This document shows, in pieces, positions 41,630 to 56,554 of a DNA stretch of 64,000 bases. The notes under the pieces are model-generated. The model saw only the letters and a program-made list of their open reading frames with translations, made no database searches and had not been told where the DNA came from. The translations under genes and the position numbers were made by a program. The stretch is from Eledone cirrhosa. Its lineage: Eukaryota. Every line of letters starts with the position of its first letter. Position 1 is the stretch's first letter. The DNA is taken from assembly GCA_964016885.1 (NCBI GenBank), contig OZ024749.1, positions 16,430,001 to 16,494,000 of the forward strand, read 5' to 3'.

Positions 41630-41760
41630 CACATGACAATCCCTTGGCAAGTATCTCGGGCCGTCGAAAGCTTTGTGAGTGAAAATTTGGTAGACGGAAA
41701 GTGTGTAGAAGCCCATTACTTGGAATTGTGTCTGTAATTCAAAGGTCTAGCCTCGTCAAA
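41630..41760 (+). mobile_element. SINE remnant (related to 8860-8960 in the opposite orientation)
   Basis: ttgtgagtg..atttggtagacggaaa.tgtgtagaagccc followed by gtaattcaaagg.c.agcc. Confidence 0.55.
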
Positions 41761-41994
41761 TATTGTACCAAACTGATTTCTGATCTAATGACTGGCGGTG
41801 TACTCGGGTAGACTTCATTACAAACGAAGGAAGATCCATCTGGTGATCTGACAAGACAAGAACCGAAACATCTGGCCATGTTGTAAGAAGGTTCTCGGCT
41901 GTTTCAATGAATTTCAACTGTACTGGTTCTTGGAGAAGCCGCCATTACCGTGGCTTCTGGAATTACCAAACGCATAATTAGCACTGCTTCACTG

Positions 41995-42048
<54 letters not shown>

Positions 42049-42172
42049 TCTCTCTATCTCTTTCTCCCTCACACTCCATCTATCTCTCATACACACACTC
42101 TCTCTCTTTCTCTTTCACACTCCATCTCTATCTCTCTCATACACACACTCTCTCTCTCACACACACACTCCA

Positions 42173-42209
<37 letters not shown>

Positions 42210-42691
42210 ACCTCTCTCTCTCTCACACACACACACTCTCTATCTCACACACACACACACACTCCATCTCACTATCTCACACACACACACAATCTCTCTA
42301 TCTATCTACCTATCTGTGTGTATATGCGTGAAATGTTTATAGAATAAAAAGCAGAACTAATATCATATGACAAGTCTATGTTATTGATGTTATTGTTGTT
42401 GTTTAACCACAGGTCAGCCTTGACTGGACATCAACCGCGTTTTTGCCATGACCTGCCCGTACTTCCTTGTATTGCGTAACAACAACAACAGCAGCAACAA
42501 CAACAAGAAAAACAAGCAAACAAGAGGAAACCAAAAATATTTCAGGTGTGTGGAATTCCAGTAATGTCTGGCAGCGAAAGATGTGTGTGTGTGTGTGTGT
42601 GCGCGCGCGCATATGTGTGTTTGTTTGTGTGTGTGTGTGAAAGAAAGAGAGAAAGAAAGATGATGAAGCAGAGAGAAAAATAGAAAGAAAA

Positions 42692-42730
<39 letters not shown>

Positions 42731-43105
42731 GACAGCAGATGTATGAACGTGTTTGTCAATAAGATTTCTTTTAGTACGTATATGTGTGTCTTAGAAAATA
42801 GAGAGGGAGAAGAGGGGGAAAGAGAAAGGGTGAGGGAGACAGAGAGAGTGGGAGTTGGTGAGGAAAACAGAGCAAGAGAAAAAGAGAATGAGTAAGGGAG
42901 AGAGGGGTGGTAAACTCAAGCCAAAAGCAGATCTTATTTTAACTACGCAAAATAAATGTTAAATGGTTAACCACACAAAAACACGACTAAATAAATATGG
43001 TTTCTTATATATATTACATATATATATATATATATATAATATTTATATATATATAAATATATATATATATAATATATATGTATATAAATATATATATATA
43101 TAATA

Positions 43106-43148
<43 letters not shown>

Positions 43149-43277
43149 GTATATATATATATGTATATATATATATGTATATATATATGTATATATATAT
43201 ATATGTGTATATATATATATGTATATATATATATATACATGATGGCTGCCCCCTCGTTATCGAGTATGGCCATTGCA

Positions 43278-43366
<89 letters not shown>

Positions 43367-43445
43367 GCAATAATAATAATAACGACAACAACAATAATAA
43401 TATACATATTCATATATATATACACAAACACGCACGCACATAAGC

Positions 43446-43485
<40 letters not shown>

Positions 43486-43493
43486 GATAGCAA

Positions 43494-46040
43494 CTAACAG
43501 TGCTGCGATCGAATGTGACTTTTTAGCCCAGCCAATGATCCAAAATGTCTTGCACAGAGTCGGCAACCAAAACATTTACTGGGAATAGTCGGCTGTGGTT
43601 GGAGTTCGTGTACTTTTGCATGTCGCTTGAGTCCTCCTGCTGATTTACATTCTCTACCACATGTTTGGCAAGCATGATGAGTAGCATCTCCAACAGCAGC
43701 CTGGTAGTCAACCACTGGTCTTACTTTATGACTGCGAAGATGACTTTCGAGTCCAGCTTTGCTTAGGCAGAGTCTCGCACAGACGCTGCATGTCAGAAAC
43801 ATAGGAGGACCCTCGCCGTCTGGAAGTGCAACAGCAATACCCTTCCTCACGTCCCGCTTTACTTTCTCGTGTGCGATTCGAGATGCCTCAAAGGCAACTT
43901 TTCCCTCATATACAGTCTTTCTCCATTTATTACGATCAGCAGCAATATTTTCCCATGTATCAGCAGAGATGTTAGCGTCTTTCAGAGAGGCCTTCAAGGA
44001 ATCCTTATACCTCTTTTTTGGTTTATGTGGCGGTCGTTTTCCTTTAACCAACTCTCCATAGAAGAGTTGTTTTGGTATTCTAGAATCCTTCATCCTGGCA
44101 AGGTGACCACTCCAACGGAGTCGCTGCTTAAGCACAAGAGCTTCTATACTGTCACACATAGAGCTTTCCAAAATCTCGACATCACTGATGTGGTCCCTCC
44201 AGCGAACGCCATGTATCCGTCTGAGACACATCTGATGGAAACGCTCCAATTGCTTAAGGTGGCGTCGATATGTGACCCAGGTCTCGCAGGCATAAAGAAG
44301 ACAAGAGAGTACACATGCCCTGTACACCTTTACCTTTGTCCTCCTGCATATGTCTCGCCGACCCCAGAGTCGCCTTTCTAGCTTTCCGAAAGCATCACTT
44401 GCTTTCCTAATCCTAAGTGAGATTTCACTGTCAAGGTTGCCGTATCGATTGACAGTGCTTCCCAGGTAGACAAACTGATCAACCACTCCAAGTCGTTTGC
44501 CATACACATAGATGTTTGGTTCAGTGTACTGCCTACCAGGTGCAGGTTGGTACATGACGACGGTTTTCTTGAGACTGACAGTCAAACCCAGGGCAGTGCA
44601 AGCGTCAGAAAATACATTCAAAATGTGCTGCATATCACTCTCTGTGTGCGCTACAAGATCGCAATCATCTGCATACAAGAGGTCTCTTATGACTGATGTA
44701 AATACTTTTGTCTTCGCAGCAAAGCGCCTGATGTTAAATATGCTGCCTGAGGTTCGATATCGGATGTAAACACCATGCTCGCAATTCCCGAATGCAATAC
44801 AGAAAACCATTGCAAAGTATATGGCAAACAGGGTCGGTGCTGGAATATCCCCCTGTTTCACTCCATTTTTTACTGAGATAGGCTCCGACATGTTACCTCC
44901 GACATTAACCCAAGCCTTCATGTCGTCATGGAAAGACCTAACTAAAGCAAGGAACTTATCAGGGCAACCAAGTTTCTGGAGAACCTTCCATAATGCATCT
45001 CTGTTGACAGTATCGAAAGCCTTTGTCAGATCGACAAAAACCTGATACAGATCCAAGCCCTGTTCAATGCACTTCTCCTGGAGCTGTCTAGCTGAGAAGA
45101 TCATATCAGTAGTGCCGCGTCCAACACGAAAACCAGATTGACTTTCAGGAAGGACACAATCTGCAATGTGTGTCAGCAGACGGTCCAGAAGCACCCTACA
45201 TAAAACTTTCCCCACGACAGAAAGCAATGATATACCTCTGTAGTTCCCACAATCATTCCTGTTACCCTTTCCCTTGTACAAGACCACCATTACTGCATCT
45301 CTCCAGTCCTCAGGCACGGATTCATTAGCCCATATCCCTCCAAACAGAGAGTGAAGATGTTGCAGGAGTCTCTCACCACCATATTGTAGGAGCTCAGCAT
45401 GTATGCCATCCATACCTGGAGATCTTCCACTGTTCAGCTTCGAAATAGCCACTGCAACCTCCACAAGTGTCGGAGGCTCTGCGAGAGCTACTTTCACAGG
45501 ACTTTCCGGAATGAGATTGAGGAAATCTTCACTGACGACAGACGGCTGATTCAAAAGATCATCAAAGTGCTCCCGCCACCTTCGTAGAATTCCCTGTGAG
45601 TCACGAAGAAGTTCTTTGCCATCCCTGCTGCGAATCGGTGTCACCAGAGAAGAAGACGGTCCATAAACCTCACGCAAGAGACTGTACAACAGCTTTGTGT
45701 TATTGCAATCAGACGCAGTTTGTATCTCACCAGCCTTCTCACTCCACCACTGATCCTTCATCTGAGAAAGACTCCGCCTAACACGTGATTTTACATCCCT
45801 GAGCTCCTCATGCAACGTATTCCTCTCCTGTGGTCTTGCCGTCAAGTAGCGTGACAGAGCGCGCCTCTTATCAGCCAACAAGTCATCTATATGCACATCT
45901 TTCTCATTAAACCAGTCCTGATGTTTTCTCTGCACCAATCCCAGAACACGTCTGCCTACATCATAAACCGACTTTTTAAGGGTCGGCCAATCCTCACCAA
46001 GATCTGCAGCCTGCATCTCTTCTTCCAATGTCCTCTTCAC
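43494..46040 (-). CDS. RTE reverse transcriptase plus three C-terminal C2H2 fingers (frame 2, separated from frame 1 by one extra A in an A7 run)
   Basis: [36 protein letters not shown]; CxxC...HxxxH three times. Confidence 0.95.
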   Translation of the reverse strand: MKRTLEEEMQAADLGEDWPTLKKSVYDVGRRVLGLVQRKHQDWFNEKDVHIDDLLADKRRALSRYLTARPQERNTLHEELRDVKSRVRRSLSQMKDQWWSEKAGEIQTASDCNNTKLLYSLLREVYGPSSSLVTPIRSRDGKELLRDSQGILRRWREHFDDLLNQPSVVSEDFLNLIPESPVKVALAEPPTLVEVAVAISKLNSGRSPGMDGIHAELLQYGGERLLQHLHSLFGGIWANESVPEDWRDAVMVVLYKGKGNRNDCGNYRGISLLSVVGKVLCRVLLDRLLTHIADCVLPESQSGFRVGRGTTDMIFSARQLQEKCIEQGLDLYQVFVDLTKAFDTVNRDALWKVLQKLGCPDKFLALVRSFHDDMKAWVNVGGNMSEPISVKNGVKQGDIPAPTLFAIYFAMVFCIAFGNCEHGVYIRYRTSGSIFNIRRFAAKTKVFTSVIRDLLYADDCDLVAHTESDMQHILNVFSDACTALGLTVSLKKTVVMYQPAPGRQYTEPNIYVYGKRLGVVDQFVYLGSTVNRYGNLDSEISLRIRKASDAFGKLERRLWGRRDICRRTKVKVYRACVLSCLLYACETWVTYRRHLKQLERFHQMCLRRIHGVRWRDHISDVEILESSMCDSIEALVLKQRLRWSGHLARMKDSRIPKQLFYGELVKGKRPPHKPKKRYKDSLKASLKDANISADTWENIAADRNKWRKTVYEGKVAFEASRIAHEKVKRDVRKGIAVALPDGEGPPMFLTCSVCARLCLSKAGLESHLRSHKVRPVVDYQAAVGDATHHACQTCGRECKSAGGLKRHAKVHELQPQPTIPSKCFGCRLCARHFGSLAGLKSHIRSQHC

Positions 46041-47041
46041 ATTTTTTTATCCTTAAGACGAGCAGCATTCAATCTTTTGGGCAGGGTAACACCAGGAGCC
46101 CGGATTTTACGTTTGGTGATTAGATTCACTTTTGCGCGTACCAGGCGGTGGTCCGTCCAGCACTCAGCTCCACGAAGAACACGAACACACCGCACATCCT
46201 GTCTGTCACGCATCCTGACTAGGACGTAGTCCAAAAGATGCCATTCCTTAGATGCAGGATGCATCCATGTGGTCTTGAATTTGTTCTTTTGTTGGAACAT
46301 GGTGCTGGTAACACACAGATCCAGCTCCTCACACATCTGCAGCAAGAGCATACCATTGCTGTTACACTTTCCCACCCCATGCCTTCCGATTACATTCCAT
46401 GTGTTAAAATCCCTACCCACTCTAGCATTAAAGTCACCAAGCACGATGACTTTGTCTGCCTGAGGGATATTTCTTAAAACACCTTTCAAGGCATGGTAAA
46501 AGGACAGTTTTTCTTCATCGACAGAATTCATAGTTGGAGCATACACACTCACCAGGGTAGCATATCTTCCCTTGTCCAGCGGAACTCTCATGGACATAAG
46601 ACGCTCACTAATCCCCACTGGGAATTCTTCCAATTTATTCACCAGTACAGTCTTAACAGCAAATCCTACCCCAGCCTCTCTTCTGGTTCCTTCATCTCTT
46701 CCTTTCCAGAAGAATGTATATTCTCCACAAAATTCCGTAAGATGACCATCTCCAGCTAACCTCGTCTCAGACAAAGCCACGATGTCAAGATCGTAACGTC
46801 GAAGCTCCTTCGCAACAAGAGCGGTCCTTCGTTCAGGACGCTCCAAAGAATCCCTGTCAAGCAGCGTCCGTACGTTCCAGCAGCCAAGACTAAATGCCCT
46901 GTTTGGCTCTATTACAATGGCACGATGACGGGCGGGCCCAGGTTGTGATAACTTGGGGCCCCTGCCCTTATTGCCAATGATCTTTTTTGTTCCAGAACCC
47001 AAATTGGCAATTATCTCGTTTACATTGTTCTGGAACATCAT
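46037..47041 (-). CDS. RTE apurinic endonuclease part (frame 1)
   Basis: WNVRTL, ALSETR, VYAPT, LGDFNARVG, LDYVL, TDHRLV. Confidence 0.92.
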   Translation of the reverse strand: MMFQNNVNEIIANLGSGTKKIIGNKGRGPKLSQPGPARHRAIVIEPNRAFSLGCWNVRTLLDRDSLERPERRTALVAKELRRYDLDIVALSETRLAGDGHLTEFCGEYTFFWKGRDEGTRREAGVGFAVKTVLVNKLEEFPVGISERLMSMRVPLDKGRYATLVSVYAPTMNSVDEEKLSFYHALKGVLRNIPQADKVIVLGDFNARVGRDFNTWNVIGRHGVGKCNSNGMLLLQMCEELDLCVTSTMFQQKNKFKTTWMHPASKEWHLLDYVLVRMRDRQDVRCVRVLRGAECWTDHRLVRAKVNLITKRKIRAPGVTLPKRLNAARLKDKKM

Positions 47042-47051
47042 TGAATTGGGG

Positions 47052-47084
<33 letters not shown>

Positions 47085-47089
47085 TAATA

Positions 47090-47124
<35 letters not shown>

Positions 47125-47705
47125 ACACTATTAATAATTATTAATGCACTCGTGCAATGCCTGTGCGTGACGAATATTTTTAAAGTGAGGAAAGACTGTG
47201 CACTGAACCAATCCCACTCTCTGAGCGACAGTAGCTATAACCCGAAAAGAAGAAAAGATCAACATCATCGGTAACTACTGAGCCGCAGGTTTTATATCGG
47301 AGTTAACCCAGTTTCCTGAGATGCCTTCTCCTAGAAGAATACCCTGACATGGGCTAGGGGTTCTTCACTCCCAGTGGTTTAACTGCGCGATCGGGCATCC
47401 AGCCCGATTATTTCTATGTCCCCGCGCAAAAAAAAAAAAAAAAAAAAAAATTACTTATTGACACTTATACGTACGACATACACACACACGCATACATATG
47501 CGTGCACACAGCAACACTCACACACACAACAAACACACACACACGCTACTCTACTCACTTACACGCACACACACACATATATATATATATATTACCGTCA
47601 TTACTGATACAAGATTACCAGATTATGTCAACTGTTGACTTTCAAGAGTTTGTATAGTTGAAGCCGATCGTATTACAGTCCAGTATTACTATAATTGCTT
47701 TACAG

Positions 47706-47753
47706 CATAGAGTTATGGCTCTCCACGGAGTCAACAAAAGAGAGTACCAGTGA
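47706..47753 (+). CDS. Candidate terminal host exon (HRVMALHGVNKREYQ*)
   Basis: Good acceptor context tactataattgctttacag in a unique patch. Frame unverified. Confidence 0.2.
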   Translation, partial: HRVMALHGVNKREYQ

Positions 47754-48373
47754 TGCGCTGGCCAGTCGCTGGATCCGTGCCAAACGCAGAAAAATTATTA
47801 TTAAAGTTGTTCTTAAGGCCAGGTCGCTGGTGATGGTGATGGCGACGGCGGTGGCGGTGGTGGTGGTGGTGGCAGTTGATGTTGTTGTTCTGTTGTGTGT
47901 GTGTGTGTGTGTGTGTGTTTTGTTATTTTGAGTTTTTTTTTTTTTTTTTTCCTTTCTTTTTTTTTCTCCTTTTTTTTTTTTTTTTTTTTTTTTTTTCCCC
48001 TTCCCTTTTCTTTTTTCTTTTCCCTTCCTTTTTTTATGTTTTGATGCCGCTGTTGTTGTTGTTGTTGTAATTGTTGTAAATGTTCATTTCAGTTCATTCT
48101 GAAGCTGTTGTTGCTGTAAACATTAGGGCCGGTGTTGTTGTTGTAGATGTTGGGGTTGAAATCTGGTTGTTTGACTGAGTGATGTATATACACACATACA
48201 TACACACACATATTATGTAGGTATGTATGTATGTAGGTATGTATGTATGTTTGTATATATATACATACATACAAACATACATACATACCTACATACACAC
48301 ATACATACATACCTACATACCTACATAAATATCTACATATATACATACATACACACATACCTACATATATACA

Positions 48374-48785
48374 TGGTGGCTGCCAACTCGTTTTCGAGTA
48401 CGGCCACTACTTTATATCCATGTAGGAGAACCCCTACCGATGCGCTGAACGAGTGTGACTTTTTAGTCCAGCCGGCGACTTGAAAACTCTGGTACAAACA
48501 CTACACTTGTGACAATTATTGACACATAGTGCTGGGCCCATGGTACCATGTGACGACAAGTGCGGAGAGATCTCCAGATATAAAGCAATGCCTGTGCCGT
48601 GAAGCTTTTATAGTGAGCAAAGGCACTGCACAAAGCCAGTCCCACTCTCTTAACCAAGATGATATTTACCAAAAAGAAGAACTAGTCAACATCATTGGAT
48701 ACCATCAGGGTTGCAGGTGTTATATCAGAGTTTTCCTTCTCCTAGAATTCTGCCTTGACAAAGGCTAAGGGGTCATCTCTCCCGG
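48374..48785 (-). mobile_element. Bipartite RTE element, 5'-truncated
   Basis: Reverse complement of about 63590-64000. Confidence 0.9.
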
Positions 48786-48975
48786 ACATATATACATACA
48801 TACACACATACATACATACCTACATAAATACATACATACCTACATACATACACATAACTACATATATACATACATACCTACATACACACCTACATATATA
48901 CATACCTACCTAGGTATGTATGTGTGTATGTAGGTATGTAGGTATATGTGTATATATGTAGGTATGTATGTATGT

Positions 48976-49501
48976 GCAACCCCACCAAGGTTTCTTGGTG
49001 AGGAGGGTGACTTTGGACATCCTGCAGGGCTAAAAACAAAACCTGTCAAAGGGCAAAGGAGCTCTTAAGAGTCAATGGCCATCCAAAAATCACCGGGAGA
49101 GATGACCCCTTAGCCTTTGTCAAGGCAGAATTCTAGGAGAAGGAAAACTGATATAACACCTGCAACCCTGATGGTATCCAATGATGTTGACGTGTTCTTC
49201 TTTTTGGTAAATATCATCTTGGTTAAGAGAGTGGGACTGGCTTTGTGCAGTGCCTTTGCTCACTATAAAAGCTTCACGGCACAGGCATTGCTTTATATCT
49301 GGAGATCTCTCTGCACTTGTCATCACAGGGTACAATGGGCCCAGCACTATGTGTCAGTAATTGTCACAAGTGTAGTGTTTGTACCAGAGTTTTCAAGTAG
49401 CTGGCTGGACTAAAAAGTCACACTCGTTCAGCGCATCAGTAGGGGTTCACCTACATGGATATAAAGTAGTGGCCATACTCGAAAACGAGTTGGCAGCCAC
49501 C
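48976..49501 (+). mobile_element. Bipartite RTE element, 5'-truncated
   Basis: Matches 63474-64000. Confidence 0.9.
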
Positions 49502-49541
<40 letters not shown>

Positions 49542-49649
49542 CATTTCATTTGAGTTTGAGTCCATGCTCAGGCCAAGTCGAAGACTCCACCCTCATATAT
49601 GTGTGTATATATATATGTATATATATATATGTGTGTATATATATATATG

Positions 49650-49680
<31 letters not shown>

Positions 49681-49935
49681 GTGTGTGTATATATATATAT
49701 GTATATATATGTATATATATATATATATATATATGTGTATATATATATATGTATATATATGTATATATATATATATGTGTGTATATATATATATGTATAT
49801 ATATATGTATTTATATATATATGTGTGTGTATATATATATGTATATATATATATATATATATGTGTATATATATATATACATGTATATATATATATATAT
49901 ATATGTGTATATATATATGTATATATATATATATG

Positions 49936-49967
<32 letters not shown>

Positions 49968-49971
49968 TGTG

Positions 49972-51450
<1,479 letters not shown>

Positions 51451-51475
51451 ATATATATGTATATATATATATATA

Positions 51476-51538
<63 letters not shown>

Positions 51539-51542
<4 letters not shown>

Positions 51543-51656
51543 ATGCCCTAAGGACAGACACTGGTCTGTTGGAGACGCAGGACATGGCAGCGATAATGAG
51601 GGACAGAGACCGCTGGAGAGAACTCGTCCATGGATCTCGGGAATTTTACCCGCCTT

Positions 51657-51658
<2 letters not shown>
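51539..51658 (+). mobile_element. 3' tip of an RTE-like LINE in (TA)n
   Basis: [30 protein letters not shown]...* matches the RTE C-terminal DR..WR pattern. Confidence 0.7.
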
Positions 51659-51744
<86 letters not shown>

Positions 51745-51787
51745 GTGTGTATATATATATATATATGTGTGTATATATATATATATG

Positions 51788-51915
<128 letters not shown>

Positions 51916-51935
51916 TGTGTGTATATATATATATG

Positions 51936-51967
<32 letters not shown>

Positions 51968-51969
51968 TA

Positions 51970-52021
<52 letters not shown>

Positions 52022-52039
52022 TATATGTATATATATATA

Positions 52040-52193
<154 letters not shown>

Positions 52194-52219
52194 TATATGT
52201 ATATATATATATATATGTG

Positions 52220-52340
<121 letters not shown>

Positions 52341-52397
52341 GTGTATATATATATATATGTATATATATATATGTGTGTATATATATATATATATGTG

Positions 52398-52450
<53 letters not shown>

Positions 52451-52493
52451 TTGTATATATATATTTATATATATATGTGTGTATATATATATG

Positions 52494-52526
<33 letters not shown>

Positions 52527-52638
52527 GTGTGTATATATATATGTATATATATATATATGTGTATATATATATATGTATATATATATGTGTATATATATAT
52601 ATGTGTATATATATATATATATATATACTATCCAAACT

Positions 52639-53757
52639 ATGTTCACTACTACCAACCCAGGAAAAACCAACGAAGAACCATGTGAGATTGATTCATACAA
52701 AATGAAAATTCGAACAATTCCAAAATGGAACAAATCCCTCAGAGACAGAAAGTTCTCATTCTGGAAGATGATACAAAATCACAACAAAGCGGAGATATAT
52801 GAAAAATGGCTTAACTCAACCCCTCTAACTCTCCCCCGTAAAATACAAATAAAGTCCATTCCAAATGAACCCGAACCTCAAAGACACCTTAGGGAAAGAA
52901 TGGCATTGGAAAAAATGAAGACAGAAATTGAACTTCTTAAATTGAGGGCCCAGACAAATGAGGAAAAAATCAAAACCATCGATGAAGAGATCCTCCTGGA
53001 AATCAACAATAAAACTGAAGGCCCCAAGGTAGAGAAGATCTCTAAATTATGGAAAGGGGACTGCAACAGAGAAGAACTGAAATCCCTTCAACGCTGGGAA
53101 AAAAGTACCGCATGGTTCCTACTCTATGAATCGACTTTTCAAACGGATTACACCTCCAATAACCCGTTCATAAAAATAGGAAATCCCATAACCGAACCGC
53201 ACAACAACTTCGCAAACCCCCAAGCCACTAACAAACGAAGAAGGAAGCACCACACCGAAGATGAACTTCCCAACCTCGCTACCATAAGAAGGAACAGAAA
53301 CCCTAGAAATCATCTCCCCCAGAATGACATTTACAACTTTCCCCCTTCAAGGAGACACTATACCAAATCACTCAACTACTACGCGGATGCCCCATCGTCA
53401 AACATAGGGAAAAGATACCACCACCATGATAGATGTAACAACTTCCCCGCTTCAAGAGGACAGCAAGGTAATTTCCATTTTCTCAACTCTTGCTCCCACA
53501 ATACACAACAAACCCACACCACACGATACAACCAACAACGTAGGCCACTTATAACACCACAATCCAACATGGCACATAGAAACACACACCCATACTCGCA
53601 ATACAGGAACACCCCATTCAATCTACAACCACCAACCCGAACCACATTTTACGACAAGGAATATAACAAACACAGGAGACCACTTAACATCAGCAGACAA
53701 CCCCTCTACCCCAACCATTTTTTAGATACAGCACACAGATACAGGCAAACAAAATAA
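52639..53757 (+). CDS. PLE ORF1 homolog (upstream YI part of the listed ORF is microsatellite; true start uncertain)
   Basis: [32 protein letters not shown]...EIELLKLRA...RWEKS..WF..YE..F...NPFIK. Confidence 0.82.
   Translation: MFTTTNPGKTNEEPCEIDSYKMKIRTIPKWNKSLRDRKFSFWKMIQNHNKAEIYEKWLNSTPLTLPRKIQIKSIPNEPEPQRHLRERMALEKMKTEIELLKLRAQTNEEKIKTIDEEILLEINNKTEGPKVEKISKLWKGDCNREELKSLQRWEKSTAWFLLYESTFQTDYTSNNPFIKIGNPITEPHNNFANPQATNKRRRKHHTEDELPNLATIRRNRNPRNHLPQNDIYNFPPSRRHYTKSLNYYADAPSSNIGKRYHHHDRCNNFPASRGQQGNFHFLNSCSHNTQQTHTTRYNQQRRPLITPQSNMAHRNTHPYSQYRNTPFNLQPPTRTTFYDKEYNKHRRPLNISRQPLYPNHFLDTAHRYRQTK
53718..53724 (+). promoter_or_regulatory. Putative -1 frameshift slippery site T_TTT_TTA
   Basis: In the ORF1 frame (cat ttt tta gat). 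The -1 frame reads RYSTQIQ...KIINL...LLSKGLKFTPTP with no ATG before 53895. Confidence 0.75.
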
Positions 53758-56041
53758 CACAAGACAGGGAGGAGAAACCGAGAGTAATAAAAATTATCAA
53801 TCTTACTAGTGCAGAACCAACACCCAACCTTATCAACTTACTCTCCAAAGGTCTTAAATTCACACCGACCCCACTACGTCCTAACTACTATGAAATGAAG
53901 GAAGACATCACAGACTTCTGTAGAAAGTTACGACTCAGTGAAGAACTATTCGACCAGTACAATGAGGATGAATCATTATCCAGAAATAGAAGCAATTACA
54001 CCCCATCAAAAGGTAGAAATAAAATCCTGGACGAATTCTGTGAACACATCACAAACTTCCCTTACCAACACTTGCACAGACAAAAAACACAAGCCAAACC
54101 TCAACAAGAAAGAATGGGAAGAATTAAATTGATTAAAAACCGACAGAACCATTACAATTAAAGAGGCTGATAAAAGGAGTACAGTAGTCCTAATGGAGAC
54201 AGAATTCTATATCAACTTAGCGCTCTCCACTTTGGAAAACGAAACATACTACGAAAAGGCTGAACACTACAATCAACAGAAAATTATGAGAAACCTAAAA
54301 ACTCTGATCAACCAATACAAAGAAGGACTCACTACAAGGAATTCAGCTTCATCACAGACTTCACAAGTAAATCCAGCCTTTCTACGGTATCCCTAAAGTA
54401 CATAAAAGCGAATTAATAAGTAAGGCATGCAAGGAAGCCACAGAGATAGTCATGAATGTCCCCTCACCCAATGATCTCAAATTAAGACCTATAATAGCAG
54501 GCCCCGCTTGCGAAACCCACCGCCTTAGCAACTTCATTGATACCCTTCTCAAGCCTTTTCTCAGACACATCAAAAGCTACATAAGGGACGACCTAGATAT
54601 GCTCAATCACCTCCCTAATATGCCCCTTTCTGAACAAACCCTACTAGTGACGTTCGATGTAGTCAACCTATACTCCAACATCCCCCACAACCTAGGAATA
54701 GAAGCTATCCAATTCTGGCTGGATAATTACCACAATGAACTCCCACAACGCATCAAAAAAGAATTCGTGATAGAGGGACTCAAATTTATTTTGGAGAACA
54801 ATTACTTCGTTTTCAATAACAAACCCTACAGACAGAAATCTGGGACCGCTATGGGAACGAAAACAGCCCCCACTTATGCCAACCTAGTCATGGGGTACCT
54901 GGAAATCACCCTCTACACTAAAGTCTTAAACAAATTTGGAAACACTCTCCACTTACACATAGAAAGGAACTGGAAGCGATATCTAGATGACTGCTTCATC
55001 CTTTGGCACGAAAACATCGAGAAACTTAAAGAGTTTCACACCATTATAAATGGGCTCAACACGAATATTAACTTCACGATGGAATACAGACACCAACAAC
55101 TCCCCTTCCTCGACATCCTCATTAAGATCCATAACAAAAAAATAGAAACAGACATATACTACAAGCCTACAGACTCCAAGCAATATGTTCCTTTCAACTC
55201 TTGCCACCCTAGACACGTTAAAATTAATATTCCCTACAACTTAGCCAAGAGAATCTGTAATATAGTCTCCAATAAAAACACCTGCTACTTACGGCTACAA
55301 GAACTAAAGGACACACTCATAGGCAGGGACTACCCTGCATCACTAATTGACAATGGAATCCAACGTGCCCTAAAACTCAGTACCCAGGACCTTAGACACC
55401 CTAAATTAAATCAACCGAAACTAAAAGCTCTTCCATACATCTCCACACACAACCCCCTCAACAATGAGGCCTTTGACACCATCCTCCAGAACATCCCTGT
55501 GTTGAAAAAGGACCATAGAATGAACCAAATCCTACGAACACACGATATCATAAAGAGCAAAAGACAATCTAAGTCAATGAAAAACATCCTAACACATGCC
55601 AAAGTACTGCCAACCACAACAACGAAACCCACAGTAAAAAAATGCGATAGACCCAACTGAGGCATATGCATCAACCTAATAGAGGGTTCGGAATTCTATT
55701 TCAAAGAAGGACAACGTTTTATAATAAAACACAATTTCACATGCGCATCAGAAAATTTAATATATGTATTAACTTGCTCAGGTTGTCGAGAACAATACAT
55801 AGGCCAGACCAAAAACAGCCTCCGCCAACGCATGACTGTCCATAGATCCCAAATTAAAATACGGGAATACAGGAAAATACCACTGAGTGAACACATTGAT
55901 ACCTGTGCCGCCCCAAATCATCCCAACTTCAGAATCTTTCCCCTCTACAAATTTAAAGATAATGCCACCCACACCCAGTGCATCAGCAAGGAATCTTACT
56001 TTATTAACAAATACGGACCCCGTCTAAACACTTCTCCCTAA
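53724..56041 (+). pseudogene. PLE RT plus GIY-YIG ORF with two frameshifts (near 54085 and 54335) and an in-frame TGA (55658)
   Basis: Fragments 53895-54161, 54193-54396, 54452-55660 and 55832-56041 align to the 758-aa protein. Confidence 0.92.
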
Positions 56042-56499
56042 GACGAGCCCACAACATACACAGGTCAACATACATACCTACATCAGCATACATCTCTATC
56101 CACATATAAACACAATGAGATACGTAAACACACATGTTCTATGGTGCAACACAAATATACACAAATTTGCATACTTTTGATGTCTGTAGATATAAACGTG
56201 CCGACACACACACATACATAAACGCACACATGTATTGCACACTGATGGGCACATACATATTTGTACACAAGTATTCCAATACGGCAAGGCCTAATGGATT
56301 CCCCTTGTAGTACGTACAATCTGGACACTCACACACACCTTGGTATTATGCCAATACTATATATCATTTCACACCTTTTATTATTAAGGTTTTTGATGTT
56401 CTATTGAGAGAATCGTTTTTACTGAAAATATCGAATAATGTACACCATTTTACCAGGAATAAATACTGGTCCACCCACACACACACACACACACATTCT

Positions 56500-56554
<55 letters not shown>

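Larger units (their letters stand above)
43240..47427 (-). mobile_element. Near full-length RTE-clade LINE
   Basis: 5' UTR with ctaggagaagg motif; APE-RT coding region; 3' stem-loop ggcc.tactcg(ataa)cgag.ggcagcc followed by a TA tail. Confidence 0.93.

Noticed and set aside
41760-41975. About 60-codon open stretch on the minus strand (WRLLQEPVQLKFIETAENLL...)
   Set aside because: No start, no clear splice sites and no recognisable homology.
46037-46050. Programmed frameshift or ATGTGA coupling in the RTE
   Set aside because: RTEs normally have one APE-RT ORF; a single extra A in a homopolymer explains the break.
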